Notes under the pieces: generated by a model | The model's input: the letters and a program-made list of their open reading frames with translations, nothing else | Told to the model about the DNA's origin: nothing | The model's database searches: none | Program-made: the position numbers and the translations under genes | Shown: positions 28,262 to 38,368 of the stretch, in pieces | Layout of the letters: each line of letters starts with the position of its first letter | Position numbering within the stretch: the first letter of the stretch is position 1 | Assembly (NCBI GenBank): GCA_965218695.1 | Contig: OZ244651.1 | Span: forward strand, 96,001-160,000 | Reading direction: 5' to 3' | Length of the DNA stretch: 64,000 bases | Source of the DNA: Nitrosopumilus sp. | Lineage (GTDB): Archaea > Thermoproteota > Nitrososphaeria > Nitrososphaerales > Nitrosopumilaceae

Positions 28262-29370
28262 TTGTTCCTCAGAAGGAATCCTTCTATCTGATCCCTTGCC
28301 CTCTCCCTCTTTTTTTGGTGTTCTGACAGAAACCTGTTGATCTTTTCGATGAGTATCCCCTTTAACTCTCCTGAGAGCAAGCTTCCTGACTTGTAATCAT
28401 CATACACTGTCTTGAGTTTTTTGTCGTCAGGCTCAAAGAACATTCTCAGGTACTGATACGATACGTCAATATCCGGATTACCTCCCATCTCCCTATGTTC
28501 CTTGATGTCGGATCTGCCTCCGGAAAATGCATGCCCGTTGATCTTTTTTCCGACTGCTCCCGGGGTGTCAGTGGTGTAGATGGTGTTGTTCTGGTCCGAG
28601 GCTGACATCTTTCCACCGGGACCCTCCAGTGCCGGCATCATTATGTTGTGGATGAGTGCAGGCTTTGGCATGCCAATCTTGGGTGCAACGTCTCTTGTAA
28701 GTCTAAAGTGGGGATCTTGGTCCACTCCCAGCGGAATCAGGACCTGTCCGTCCTCTATAAAGCATGGCGCAGACTGTAACGAAGTGTAAAATATCATGCC
28801 GATGTTGGTCTCACCGGTAAATCCAAACGTCGCCTTTGTGTTTGAAAAGTTGATCCTCTTTGCCACCTTGGCCGCAATCGGGTACAGGGTCTGGATGTTT
28901 CGCGTATTGATGATAATCTTGGTGTTTTCCGGCTTGAAACCAAGTGCGATAAAGTCCAGCGCATTCTCGTAAGCAAAACCGCCGGTCTCCTCAAGCGTGA
29001 TGTCCGACTTTGAGTAGAATTTCTCATCGTCTGTCAGCTGAAAATACATGTTGACATCAAACTTTTCCTGCAGCCATCTTGCAAAGACCCACGGAACCAG
29101 ATGCCCTATGTGGGTGTGGCCGGACGGACCTCTTCCGGTATACAGAAAAAATTTCCGTCCTGCGTCATACTCGTCAAGCACTCTGGACATGTCCCTGTGC
29201 GAAAAGAAGACACCCCTTCTGAGCATAAAGTGATCATCGCCAGTCCTTTCCCTGATCCTTTCAAGAATCTGAGGGGAGATTCTCTCTGTTCCAAACCGTT
29301 TTATCAGTTTTTCATAGTCTATCTCGCCTTCTACATGCCATGGTGTAACAGTAAAGTCGTCAGCCGGCAT
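28258..29370 (-). CDS. trpS: Tryptophanyl-tRNA synthetase
   Basis: YTGRGPS, HIGH, DQDPHFR and KMSAS motifs. Confidence 0.97.
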   Translation of the reverse strand: MPADDFTVTPWHVEGEIDYEKLIKRFGTERISPQILERIRERTGDDHFMLRRGVFFSHRDMSRVLDEYDAGRKFFLYTGRGPSGHTHIGHLVPWVFARWLQEKFDVNMYFQLTDDEKFYSKSDITLEETGGFAYENALDFIALGFKPENTKIIINTRNIQTLYPIAAKVAKRINFSNTKATFGFTGETNIGMIFYTSLQSAPCFIEDGQVLIPLGVDQDPHFRLTRDVAPKIGMPKPALIHNIMMPALEGPGGKMSASDQNNTIYTTDTPGAVGKKINGHAFSGGRSDIKEHREMGGNPDIDVSYQYLRMFFEPDDKKLKTVYDDYKSGSLLSGELKGILIEKINRFLSEHQKKRERARDQIEGFLLRNK

Positions 29371-29424
29371 TTCGTTTGATGTGGCTTCTTAAGATTTAAA
29401 AAGTCTTTTTCAGATTTTGAGCTG

Positions 29425-30897
29425 TTGACACAGGTACTGCACGACATTGAAAAAAGAATCATCAAGGCCATCAAGGATGATGAAAGTGTAGGCCGGCCAC
29501 CATACCCGAAGAATTCCCTGAAGGACACTACCGATCTCTATGCCACACTTGGAAACATGACAGGACTCTCACTGGATCAGGTTAGAAGGGGAATTGAATG
29601 GCTTAAACTCAAACATCTCATACGTGTGGATTTGGAGTCTACAAATGCATTCTGTATGGCCCGAAACGGTCAGGAGTCCCTTGAGAATAAACTGCCTGAG
29701 AGGAGGCTGGTGAATCTTCTCAATTCCAAGAGTCCCCGGAGCCTCTCTGATCTACAAAAGGATCTTGGACCATTACTTGGACCTGCGATGGGCATTGCAA
29801 GAAAGAACGGCTGGATATCCATATCGGGCGGATCAGTATCACTCCGGGAATATCCTGAGGAACTGCTCGCTGAAAAGGCACTCGAACGGTTTCGAGATCC
29901 CGCCGCTCAAGCCACTGAAAATGATGCAAGGCAGGGTCGAATAGGCTTGTCTGAAGACAAGTTTAAACCTGGAGAATTGGCCTCGTTGGACCGTCCAGGG
30001 TTTCTTGACGTGACAAAGGTAGTGAAGAGATCCGTGTCTCTTTTGGATTCTGCGCAATCAATTGACCTGTCCGACTCTGACGGGATAGACGTGGAGGCGG
30101 ACGTCCCAAACCTTGTTGTGGCAAGAAGACACCCACTCAAGGATGTGATTGATGAAATTCGTGAGATCTTCGTCACACTAGGATTCACTGAGATAAGCGG
30201 AAACATGACCCAGTCAAGCTTTTGGAACTTTGATGCACTATTTACGCCGCAGGATCACCCTGCCCGGGAGATGCAAGATACGTTCTATCTTGATTCTGCC
30301 GCTGTCGGATACACTGCATCTGACTTGCAAATAAGAAGGGTTTCTGAGTCGCACCGGAGAAACTGGCGATACCGGTGGGATGCAGAGCAGGCACGCAGGA
30401 TGGTTCTGCGAACCCACACCACATGCGTCACCATCCAACATCTGGCAGAACACAGGCCCGAGGAGGCCAGGTTCTTCTCGCTTGGCCGTGTCTTTCGGAA
30501 CGAAAAGGTAAGCTACAAGCACCTTGTGGAGTTCAACCAGGTTGAAGGTGTGGTGATTGGAAGGAATGCGACCCTGCGCGATCTGATGGGAATCCAGAAG
30601 GAGTTTTACAGGCGGATTGGAATTACCAAGGTCAAGTTCTGGCCTACGTTCTTCCCGTACACGGAGCCGTCACTTCAGACAATGGTGTACAACGAAAAGC
30701 TTGGAAAATGGGTGGAACTGTTCGGAATGGGCATCTTTAGAAGGGAGGTCACAAAGCCGCTTGGAATCGACAGACCAGTACTGGCCTGGGGAGGGGGAAT
30801 AGAGAGGATTGCAATGCTCAGATATGATCTGGATGACGTCCGGGAGTTTTACAACAACAATCTGGATTGGTTGAGGAATGCTGTAAAATGCCAGTAG
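29425..30897 (+). CDS. pheS: Phenylalanyl-tRNA synthetase alpha subunit
   Basis: FWNFDALFTPQDHPAREMQDTF, LRTHTT and FPYTEPS motifs. Confidence 0.97.
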   Translation: MTQVLHDIEKRIIKAIKDDESVGRPPYPKNSLKDTTDLYATLGNMTGLSLDQVRRGIEWLKLKHLIRVDLESTNAFCMARNGQESLENKLPERRLVNLLNSKSPRSLSDLQKDLGPLLGPAMGIARKNGWISISGGSVSLREYPEELLAEKALERFRDPAAQATENDARQGRIGLSEDKFKPGELASLDRPGFLDVTKVVKRSVSLLDSAQSIDLSDSDGIDVEADVPNLVVARRHPLKDVIDEIREIFVTLGFTEISGNMTQSSFWNFDALFTPQDHPAREMQDTFYLDSAAVGYTASDLQIRRVSESHRRNWRYRWDAEQARRMVLRTHTTCVTIQHLAEHRPEEARFFSLGRVFRNEKVSYKHLVEFNQVEGVVIGRNATLRDLMGIQKEFYRRIGITKVKFWPTFFPYTEPSLQTMVYNEKLGKWVELFGMGIFRREVTKPLGIDRPVLAWGGGIERIAMLRYDLDDVREFYNNNLDWLRNAVKCQ

Positions 30898-32522
30898 TGG
30901 AGCTTTCATATTCGCGTCTTCGAAGGCTGGTGGGCGGTTCCACCAAAAAACAGATCTCAGAGACCCTGCCGTTTCTGGGGCTTGACATAGAATCCGAGCA
31001 CGGGGATGCAGTGCGCGTGGAGTACAGTCCAAACAGGCCTGACTATTCTACTGATTTTGGGGTTGCCCTCGGCCTGCAGGGACTGCTTGGGCTCAAAACG
31101 GGGGCAGTCAGACTCAGGGTAAGGAAATCTGACAGATACCAAATCTCAGTCAGTCCCGGCGTGTCCAAGATTCGGCCGTTTGTGACAGGAATAACTGCCT
31201 TGGGTGGGCGAATCAACGACCACTCCATCAAACAGCTGATGGTCATGCAGGAGGATCTCCATATGGGACTGGGCAGAAGGAGGAAAAAGTTATCCATCGG
31301 GATTCATGACCTGGACAGGATCAAGTTTCCCCTGAAATACACTGCAACGTCGCGTGGTTACAGGTTCGTTCCACTAAACTCAAAGGATGATCTCTCCATC
31401 TCTGAGATTCTCGATACCACCTACGTGGGTCGAAACTATGGCAGTACCCTTGCCGAACATTCCAAGGTCCCAATAATCTTTGATGCAGCCCAGAACGTCG
31501 TTTCGTTTCCACCCATCATAAACTCCGCGCTTACCACCGTGACTACCAAGACCAGAAACCTATTGGTGGAGATAACCGGAACCAGCAAGGCCGATGCAGA
31601 AGACATGCTTGCGATGGTAGCAACCGTCCTGCAGAGTGCCGGATTCTCCCTGGAGACGCTTGGCGTGTCAGGTCCGAAGAACTCCACCCCGTCTCTCGAG
31701 ACACGGCACATGACGCTGAATCCATCACTTGCAAACCAGACCCTTGGGCTGAACCTTGGCCGGTCGGCCGTAGCGTCTGCCCTCAAAAGATCAAGGCTTG
31801 ATGCGTCCATCCGAAAGGGAATGATCGAATGCACCATTCCCGCATACCGCTTTGACATACTCGGACCGATGGACTTGGTGGAAGAGGTTGCACTTGGATA
31901 CGGGATACAGAATCTTGATCCCGTCCTGCCCCCGTCTCAGACGCTTGGACAGGCAAGTCCTGTCTCATCTACATTGGACCTGCTTGACAGAACCATGATA
32001 GGACTGGGATTCCTTGAGGCGCTAAACTCCAACCTTACCAGCATGGACGTACTCTACACCCTGACAAACAGGAAACCCCAAAACCCGTTTTCGGTGCTTG
32101 ACTCAAAGAGTCGCGAGCACACCGTCCTGCGCGACTCCGTCCTGCCAGAACTCCTTGAGAACCTTTCAAGAAACATACACGTGGCATACCCACAGAAGAT
32201 CTTTGAGACCGGCACCATATTCCTTGAGGGTGACCCGGTATCCGAGATGACAAGTCTTGCCGCAGTCAGCGCCCACCCGGACGCAAGCTTTACTGAGATA
32301 AAGTCCGTACTCCAGTCGTGTCTTGGAACCGGGTTTGGAATGAAGATACAGACTCATACATCCGTCCATCCAACATTCCAAAAGGGCAGGTGCGCTGACA
32401 TCATGATAAATGATCAAAGCGTGGGGACAATCGGGGAGATCGCCTCTGAGGTAGTCCGTAACCACAAGATCCGCAACCCGGTTGCAGGCTTTGAGATATC
32501 CCTGTCCGAGACCATTCTATAG
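30888..32522 (+). CDS. pheT: Phenylalanyl-tRNA synthetase beta subunit
   Basis: PNRPD, SFPPIINS and YRFDILGPMDLVEEV motifs; overlaps pheS. Confidence 0.95.
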   Translation: MPVVELSYSRLRRLVGGSTKKQISETLPFLGLDIESEHGDAVRVEYSPNRPDYSTDFGVALGLQGLLGLKTGAVRLRVRKSDRYQISVSPGVSKIRPFVTGITALGGRINDHSIKQLMVMQEDLHMGLGRRRKKLSIGIHDLDRIKFPLKYTATSRGYRFVPLNSKDDLSISEILDTTYVGRNYGSTLAEHSKVPIIFDAAQNVVSFPPIINSALTTVTTKTRNLLVEITGTSKADAEDMLAMVATVLQSAGFSLETLGVSGPKNSTPSLETRHMTLNPSLANQTLGLNLGRSAVASALKRSRLDASIRKGMIECTIPAYRFDILGPMDLVEEVALGYGIQNLDPVLPPSQTLGQASPVSSTLDLLDRTMIGLGFLEALNSNLTSMDVLYTLTNRKPQNPFSVLDSKSREHTVLRDSVLPELLENLSRNIHVAYPQKIFETGTIFLEGDPVSEMTSLAAVSAHPDASFTEIKSVLQSCLGTGFGMKIQTHTSVHPTFQKGRCADIMINDQSVGTIGEIASEVVRNHKIRNPVAGFEISLSETIL

Positions 32523-32586
32523 TGAAGAGCATAAGTTCCTGCAATTATAACACTCCCTTTTTAAGAAAACAAGTTCTATTGTGTAC

Positions 32587-34045
32587 ATGATTGTCAGCAA
32601 AAGCATCAAAATTATACAATTACGAAAACTGTCACGCAGGATAGCCGAATGTTCCAAGGAGTCAGACATTATTTGACATGACGATCATGATGAAGCTGGC
32701 GCATCCCAGAATGACGCAGTTTGATGTCAACAACCTGATGACCAGATGGTGCAGGGAATTCAACCTGATCAACGGCGTCCGCATGCATGAGGCCGCCTCG
32801 AAACAGGCTTTCTAGGCTGTAATCAAATTTAGGAAATCAAATGTGAAAAAACACACAAAACGGATCTGGCGCAGGAGACAGATAAATCTCGGCAAAACCA
32901 AAACGTACAAACACAACAGGTGGACAGATCCATCCAGCCTGATGAGACGGGGCAAAAAAACCACGAGGCTGCGTTCACTGAATTCACGCGGAAAGCCAAA
33001 ACTGCAGGACGACGACACCGTGTTTCTGCCCTGACTCGGAGAAGTAAGGACGCGCACGAAGATCCCATCCGAAGGCAGGCCCGTGTCATTCCAAATGATC
33101 GACGTCACCGACAAAGTCACGCGCAGGACAATGGATGGTGATCGCGAGTTCAAATTACATTTGCAAGTTGAAATCCCAGATCCCGAGCCTGCGACCGGTT
33201 CGGTGGCAGGATTGGATCTAGGAGTCAGGCACCCGGCGGCAGTTGCAGACGAGCATGGGAGCGAAAGGCTGTACGACATCCCTAGCGGTTGCAGGCGTCA
33301 CGACGGTGACAGGATTGACAAACTCAAGTCATGCAGGTCAAGATTCGTGCATGGTTCGCGCAAATGGAGTGAAATCAGCCGCAAGATAAAACGCGAATTG
33401 AAAAAGATATCCGACAGGCAGAAACGCAACGAGATCGACATAGCCAGACGGATAACAAAAGGACTGTCCGTGTTGTTTTTGGAAGACATGGATTTGACCA
33501 AAATGAGGCGATCCAACGGAAAGGCATCAAAGACCAGGCTGAACCGCGAGACGGCATACTCTAGGATGGGGGAGTTCCGGAGCCAAGTTGAATGGCAGAT
33601 GAAAAAGAAGGGCGGGATTCCAAAACGCGTGGAACACAAAAACACCAGCAGAACGTGCATGAGGTGCAAGGCTGTGGACAAGAAATCAAGAAACGGCGAA
33701 TCATTTGTCTGCGTCGCATGTGGATGGCGCCACCATGCCGACAAGAACGCGGCACAAATCATTTTGACTAACGAACGTCTCCACATTGGGGGGACTGGCG
33801 GCCAAGCCTACTGGAACAGTGGAGGCATCATTGCGGATGTCGAGGTCGTCACAAGGCGCGAGGATCACGGTTCGAGCCGTTCTGTAAAGGACAACTTGAC
33901 CAGTCGGCTTGGACCCGACAACAACAACAACGACAATGATATTGGAAGATCTGACAGAGCGCCAGAAAGAGCATTAGGACGTGACACGGGGAAACCTGTC
34001 TTGCACGAACTTTTACTCGCCGCTATAAAGTCCTCTCAGCCATGA
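32587..34045 (+). pseudogene. tnpB: Solo TnpB (IS200/IS605-type RNA-guided nuclease) with a disrupted N-terminus
   Basis: GLDLG, LED, CxxC..CxxC and HADKNAA RuvC/Zn motifs in 33083..34045; upstream coding broken by frameshifts and a TAG at 32812; no tnpA. Confidence 0.85.
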
Positions 34046-34273
34046 CACTGCAGACAGTATTACCCCTGCTGAAAGAATTCCTGCCCCTATGACTGACTCT
34101 GCCACCAGCCTCTGATGGATTGCCCTCTCCTCTGAGCCAGGCAGCAGGCGGGATTCTGAACCAAGCCTGCCCTCCTCCTCCAGATACTGAATCTGGGGAT
34201 AGTCAAAGATTACGACCATGGAGCCAAGAACCATCATTACAATCCCTGCCAGAAAGAACCCTGTCCTGTTCAT
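34013..34273 (-). CDS. Two-TM membrane protein
   Basis: Two hydrophobic helices flanking FDYPQIQY; likely start MNRTGF. Confidence 0.7.
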   Translation of the reverse strand: MNRTGFFLAGIVMMVLGSMVVIFDYPQIQYLEEEGRLGSESRLLPGSEERAIHQRLVAESVIGAGILSAGVILSAVSWLRGLYSGE

Positions 34274-34416
34274 CTGATTCCAGTCGTAAACTTCATCATT
34301 TAACCCTGGTCGAATATAATGCCCCTCCCAAGGCCAAATCCGCATGGATCCTGTCCGATACGGATGTGACCTTCTTCCATATGCTCTAAGTTTTTAGCCT
34401 GATGCCCCTGTTATGA

Positions 34417-34590
34417 GTTGCCCAAGAGCAGGCATGCAGACGGATCAGGATGATGTCGATCGTAACGATACCTGTGATTTCTGATTCACCCAGGCGTGCT
34501 ACATTATGGGCAACCCCGGTTACAGAGCCAAGGGAGGTTTTTGGCTAAATGCCGATGAACCTGTGCGAGTCAGAGCCGGGGAACATCCAA
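34417..34590 (+). ncRNA. Candidate two-hairpin H/ACA-like guide RNA
   Basis: Stem/pocket/stem hairpin with K-turn-like GA pairs followed by ACA (34501); second hairpin CCCCGG/CCGGGG followed by ACA (34583). Confidence 0.55.
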
Positions 34591-34625
34591 AAACCATAAA
34601 ACAGCCCCGCACCCACACCAGGCGT

Positions 34626-35045
34626 ATGACCAACTACTGGCTTGCAAAACAGGAGCCTAGCGGTCCAAGGGGATACAGTTTTGGACAGCTTGAAAAGAAC
34701 AAGGAGACTGTCTGGGACGGTGTCCATAACAACCTTGCACTAAAACACATGAGAAACATGATGCCAGGCGATCTGGTGCTGTTCTATCATACCGGCGGCG
34801 AGAGGCAAGCAGTAGGTATCATGGAGGTAATATCAAAGCCATATCCCAATCCTGCAGAAGCCTTTGAGCGCTTTATCGTGGTGGATGTAAGGTATAAAGA
34901 GGCGCTCAGCCGCCCCGTGACCCTTGAGGAGATAAAAGCAGATGAAAGATTCCAAAACTGGGAGCTTGTCCGGATATCCAGGCTCTCTGTAATGCCCGTC
35001 CCACCACCCATCTGGGATGCCATATTGGCAATATCTAAGACATAG
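34626..35045 (+). CDS. EVE domain protein
   Basis: YWLAKQEP, WDGVHN and PGDLVLFYH motifs. Confidence 0.9.
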   Translation: MTNYWLAKQEPSGPRGYSFGQLEKNKETVWDGVHNNLALKHMRNMMPGDLVLFYHTGGERQAVGIMEVISKPYPNPAEAFERFIVVDVRYKEALSRPVTLEEIKADERFQNWELVRISRLSVMPVPPPIWDAILAISKT

Positions 35046-35088
35046 GGAAGATCGATTTATTGATATAACCGTCCCATACAGGAAATTC

Positions 35089-35328
35089 ATGGCAACAGCT
35101 TATGTTTTAATAAACTGTGAACTTGGCTCAGAAGAGGCAATCATCCAGCAGTTGAAAGGTCTGGATGGCGTCAAAGAGGTCCATGGAACCTTTGGTGCCT
35201 ATGATATCCTTGCCAAGATAGAGTCTGACACCGTTGAAAAACTCAGAGAGACCATTACTTGGAAGATTCGAAAGATTGAGAAGATTCGTTCGACTCTTAC
35301 CCTGATGGGAATCGAGGGGCAGACCTAG
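35089..35328 (+). CDS. Stand-alone Lrp/AsnC ligand-binding domain protein
   Basis: MATAYVLINC...GAYDILAKI...IRSTLTL. Confidence 0.9.
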   Translation: MATAYVLINCELGSEEAIIQQLKGLDGVKEVHGTFGAYDILAKIESDTVEKLRETITWKIRKIEKIRSTLTLMGIEGQT

Positions 35329-35348
35329 CCCTATCCTTTTTTCTTATT

Positions 35349-35942
35349 ATGCTACTCCACTTCATCTTCCTTGTAAGGGAGCAGGATCTCCAGAAGCGTA
35401 AGCCAGAGTTTGAGTACATACAGAAGATGGCCCGGTTCTATAATGCGTGGATATGGGAAAAATTCGGACTCCGCTACGATGTCTGCTGCGACGAGATGGT
35501 CATAAGACCCAGAAGCATACTTCAGAGGATCGACACGCACACGCTTGTAAATGATCACAGGCAGAGGGGGGAGGATACATACCACTTCTATCTGGCACAT
35601 TTCAGACCCATGTGGACTGACTGCACATGCGAGGGGTACCATGCAGAAAACTTTGGCATGATCTTCTGGAAGCCTCCGGGTGAGGAGGCCGACGGCGAGC
35701 TGTTCCTTGCAGAAAAAAACTGTACTGCCGTATCGCATGAGATCCTTCACGAGATGCTTCGGTTATCCGGACGCAAGAGATTCATCCGGGACGTTCATGA
35801 CGTATGGACCAAGCACCTCTTTGACAATCTGGAGTTTGAGCAGTACGGGGATGACTTTGCAAGGACTGACGGGAGGCCGGTCTTTCTTACAATGAACACT
35901 GCACAGCTTGGCCTGGAAGACGGACTAGTATCTGGTAACTGA
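35349..35942 (+). CDS. Conserved hypothetical protein with an HExxH motif
   Basis: SHEILHE motif; 197 aa. Confidence 0.75.
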   Translation: MLLHFIFLVREQDLQKRKPEFEYIQKMARFYNAWIWEKFGLRYDVCCDEMVIRPRSILQRIDTHTLVNDHRQRGEDTYHFYLAHFRPMWTDCTCEGYHAENFGMIFWKPPGEEADGELFLAEKNCTAVSHEILHEMLRLSGRKRFIRDVHDVWTKHLFDNLEFEQYGDDFARTDGRPVFLTMNTAQLGLEDGLVSGN

Positions 35943-36557
35943 GTAGATGTTGTTTTCAAAGTTTGCAGTCTTGAAGTCCAGCGTGTCTTCCTGCTCGTTG
36001 GATCTTGACTTGTTCAGGTTGTCAAGCTCGACTAGCGCATCGCCCCTGAAACCTACAGAGGATCCATAGATTGCATCTGTAAGCATCGTTCCGTGATCGC
36101 CCTTTTTGATGTCGTCTACCATGTCGTAAAATCTGGTAGTCTCCCTTTTGTTGACCGGATTTCCGGTTGCCTTGTTGTATGCCACTGAAATGTACATCCC
36201 GTTGCTCTTTACTGCAACCGGAATCTTATGATTCTTTTCTGATGCTCCGGGAATCATCTCGTTTACCAGAACCTCGCACTTGTGGTACATGCTTGAGACG
36301 TACGCGTAGAACCTGTACTGCGCAAACTTTCCTGCCTGGTCATCTTGGCATTCGACAAATATCTTGTGCAGCATCTCCAGTGCAGCATCATTCATGCTCT
36401 GAAGCCTGTCATCAATCCTGCCTCTCTCAAGAAGGGTCGACTTGGTCTCTTTTGCGATCAGCACCAAGATAAAGTCCGGCAGGTTGTAGTTTTTGAGGGC
36501 CGCCACAAACGAGCCCGACTGTGACATGCCAAACTTTGGAAATCCCTTGTTGACCAT
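35925..36557 (-). CDS. Conserved hypothetical protein
   Basis: About 210-aa ORF with TATA-like sequence upstream. Confidence 0.75.
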   Translation of the reverse strand: MVNKGFPKFGMSQSGSFVAALKNYNLPDFILVLIAKETKSTLLERGRIDDRLQSMNDAALEMLHKIFVECQDDQAGKFAQYRFYAYVSSMYHKCEVLVNEMIPGASEKNHKIPVAVKSNGMYISVAYNKATGNPVNKRETTRFYDMVDDIKKGDHGTMLTDAIYGSSVGFRGDALVELDNLNKSRSNEQEDTLDFKTANFENNIYSVTRY

Positions 36558-36628
36558 GTCACTAGATCGCCCCCTGAGGACTGGCATATCCAAACATCAT
36601 AATATAAAACCCTATTTGGCTTATAATT

Positions 36629-38249
36629 GTACGCACTCAGGTCCATGCCTAAAAACTGACCAGAATATGCATCCATTTAGACCACCAACATTTAGATCGT
36701 AGCATTCTAAAATCCCCGCATGGGTAAATCCGATCTTGTACTCTTGCGTGAGGAGTTCAGAAAAGTAGTGGCAAAGCTTGAGCGTGTTCAAATTGAGGTG
36801 AAAGATCTGCAGGCTGCGCTAATTGCAGAGAGAAAAAAGTTTGCACACGAAAGAGACCGTTGGGAGTTGGAGATAGCATGGCGTGACAGAAAAATGGAAC
36901 GGTATGAAAACGCGCATTCCCCGTCATCTACCAATTCGCAGTACAACGAAGAGCGTGCCGCCTTCCGAAAGAGCCGGGACGAGGGAGACAAGGCAGAAGA
37001 AGAAGCCGAACCCGAGGAGGATGGGGATGATGCCGAACCCGAGGAGAACCATACGGCCCGCGGACCGCCCATGGGGCATGCGGGAGTCTCGCACGGAAAC
37101 AAGGCAGGCAAGACTGTCACCCTGCCAGTGAGCCGGTGCGGCAACTGCGGAAGCAAGACCCTCCAGCACGCGCCTCCCAAGGTAAAGATGGTCTGTGACT
37201 TTCCAGACGGGGACATGATCGGGATAGAATGCGTCGCGTACGTGGCAGAAAAGGCGGCATGCTGCAAATGCGGCACAATAACTGCCGCCCCGGAACCCAC
37301 GCTGTGCGGCACGTCGCTGGGCCCCAGGGCGCTTGGGTTCGTGCTGGAATACTACAACAAGAGAAGCACTGACCAGACCGTCGCGTACTATTTCAACACG
37401 TTTTACAAGTTTGGGATATCGCCCAACGCCATATGGAACGCGCGCAAGGCGCTGACGCGCCTCTTTGAGGGCACGTACAGGGAGATCATGGACAGGATGG
37501 CAGACGCGCCATACATCCAGATGGACGAATCCCACATCAAGATCAACGGCAAGAAGGGATACGCGTGGCTTGTCACGATACAAGACGCAACGTACGTCGT
37601 GGTTGCCCGGAGCAGGGGCTCGGCCGTGCTGGGCCTTCACCTTGGCAGGCTCCTTGGCATTCCGGTCGTGACAGACGGGTACTCCGGATACAACGTGTTT
37701 CCAGTCAGGCAGCGATGCTGGATTCACCTGCTGCGCGAGGCCGAAAAGAAGGCAATCCGGAACGGCGGCAACGATCTTGTCCAGTACGAGAGGCTGCTCA
37801 AAATGTACGCCAGAATCAGGGACAGGGACGCTGCCGACGTCGCAGAATGTCTGGACCTGGAAAGACGGGTGCTTGACATTGCAGCATCCTATGGGGAGTC
37901 CCATCCCTTCAGGAACACACTTGAGGCTGCCGCTCCCCGCCTGTTTACGTTCCTGCGACACCCCGGCATGCCTCCCCATAACAATGACGCAGAACTGGAC
38001 ATACGCGACACGGTCGTACTGCAGAGGAACGTGCGCCACAAGCTGTCCGTGGCCGAGGGAATGCGTGTCTTTTCGGTGCTTGCCTCGGTTGCGCGCACCT
38101 GCCACAAGCAGGGAATGCTGCCGCGCATCGCAGTGGAATCACTCGTCAGGGATCCGGACTGGAAGATATTCAAACCGCCCCCATGTGAAGAAGAGATACC
38201 CGCAATGGCAATCACGGCCTAAATCATCTGGAGGGACCTGAGGGTATAC
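36629..38249 (+). mobile_element. IS66-family single-ORF element
   Basis: IRs GTACGCACTCAGGTCC / GGACCTGAGGGTATAC; 8-bp TSD TTATAATT (36621-36628, 38250-38257). Confidence 0.92.
36720..38222 (+). CDS. IS66-family transposase
   Basis: MDES, TDGYSGY, QRCWIHLLR and PHNNDAE motifs. Confidence 0.92.
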   Translation: MGKSDLVLLREEFRKVVAKLERVQIEVKDLQAALIAERKKFAHERDRWELEIAWRDRKMERYENAHSPSSTNSQYNEERAAFRKSRDEGDKAEEEAEPEEDGDDAEPEENHTARGPPMGHAGVSHGNKAGKTVTLPVSRCGNCGSKTLQHAPPKVKMVCDFPDGDMIGIECVAYVAEKAACCKCGTITAAPEPTLCGTSLGPRALGFVLEYYNKRSTDQTVAYYFNTFYKFGISPNAIWNARKALTRLFEGTYREIMDRMADAPYIQMDESHIKINGKKGYAWLVTIQDATYVVVARSRGSAVLGLHLGRLLGIPVVTDGYSGYNVFPVRQRCWIHLLREAEKKAIRNGGNDLVQYERLLKMYARIRDRDAADVAECLDLERRVLDIAASYGESHPFRNTLEAAAPRLFTFLRHPGMPPHNNDAELDIRDTVVLQRNVRHKLSVAEGMRVFSVLASVARTCHKQGMLPRIAVESLVRDPDWKIFKPPPCEEEIPAMAITA

Positions 38250-38368
38250 TTATAATTGTTAAGAAATTCTGATGGATTCCGGGACGTGCTTCTGACCATT
38301 CCTGGAATGCTGCCCCGGATCGGTCCTTTCCGGTTGGTTGGGACAGACAGCATGCAATTCTTAAATCT

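Noticed and set aside
33083-34045. Cas12f/Cas14 effector
   Set aside because: No array or cas1/cas2 nearby; the motifs are fully explained by TnpB
34390-34625. SRP RNA, RNase P RNA or a known riboswitch
   Set aside because: I could not find SRP helix-8, RNase P GAGGAAAGUCC-type or TPP/cobalamin consensus motifs; the N-terminal extension of ORF 34506..35045 is also likely spurious
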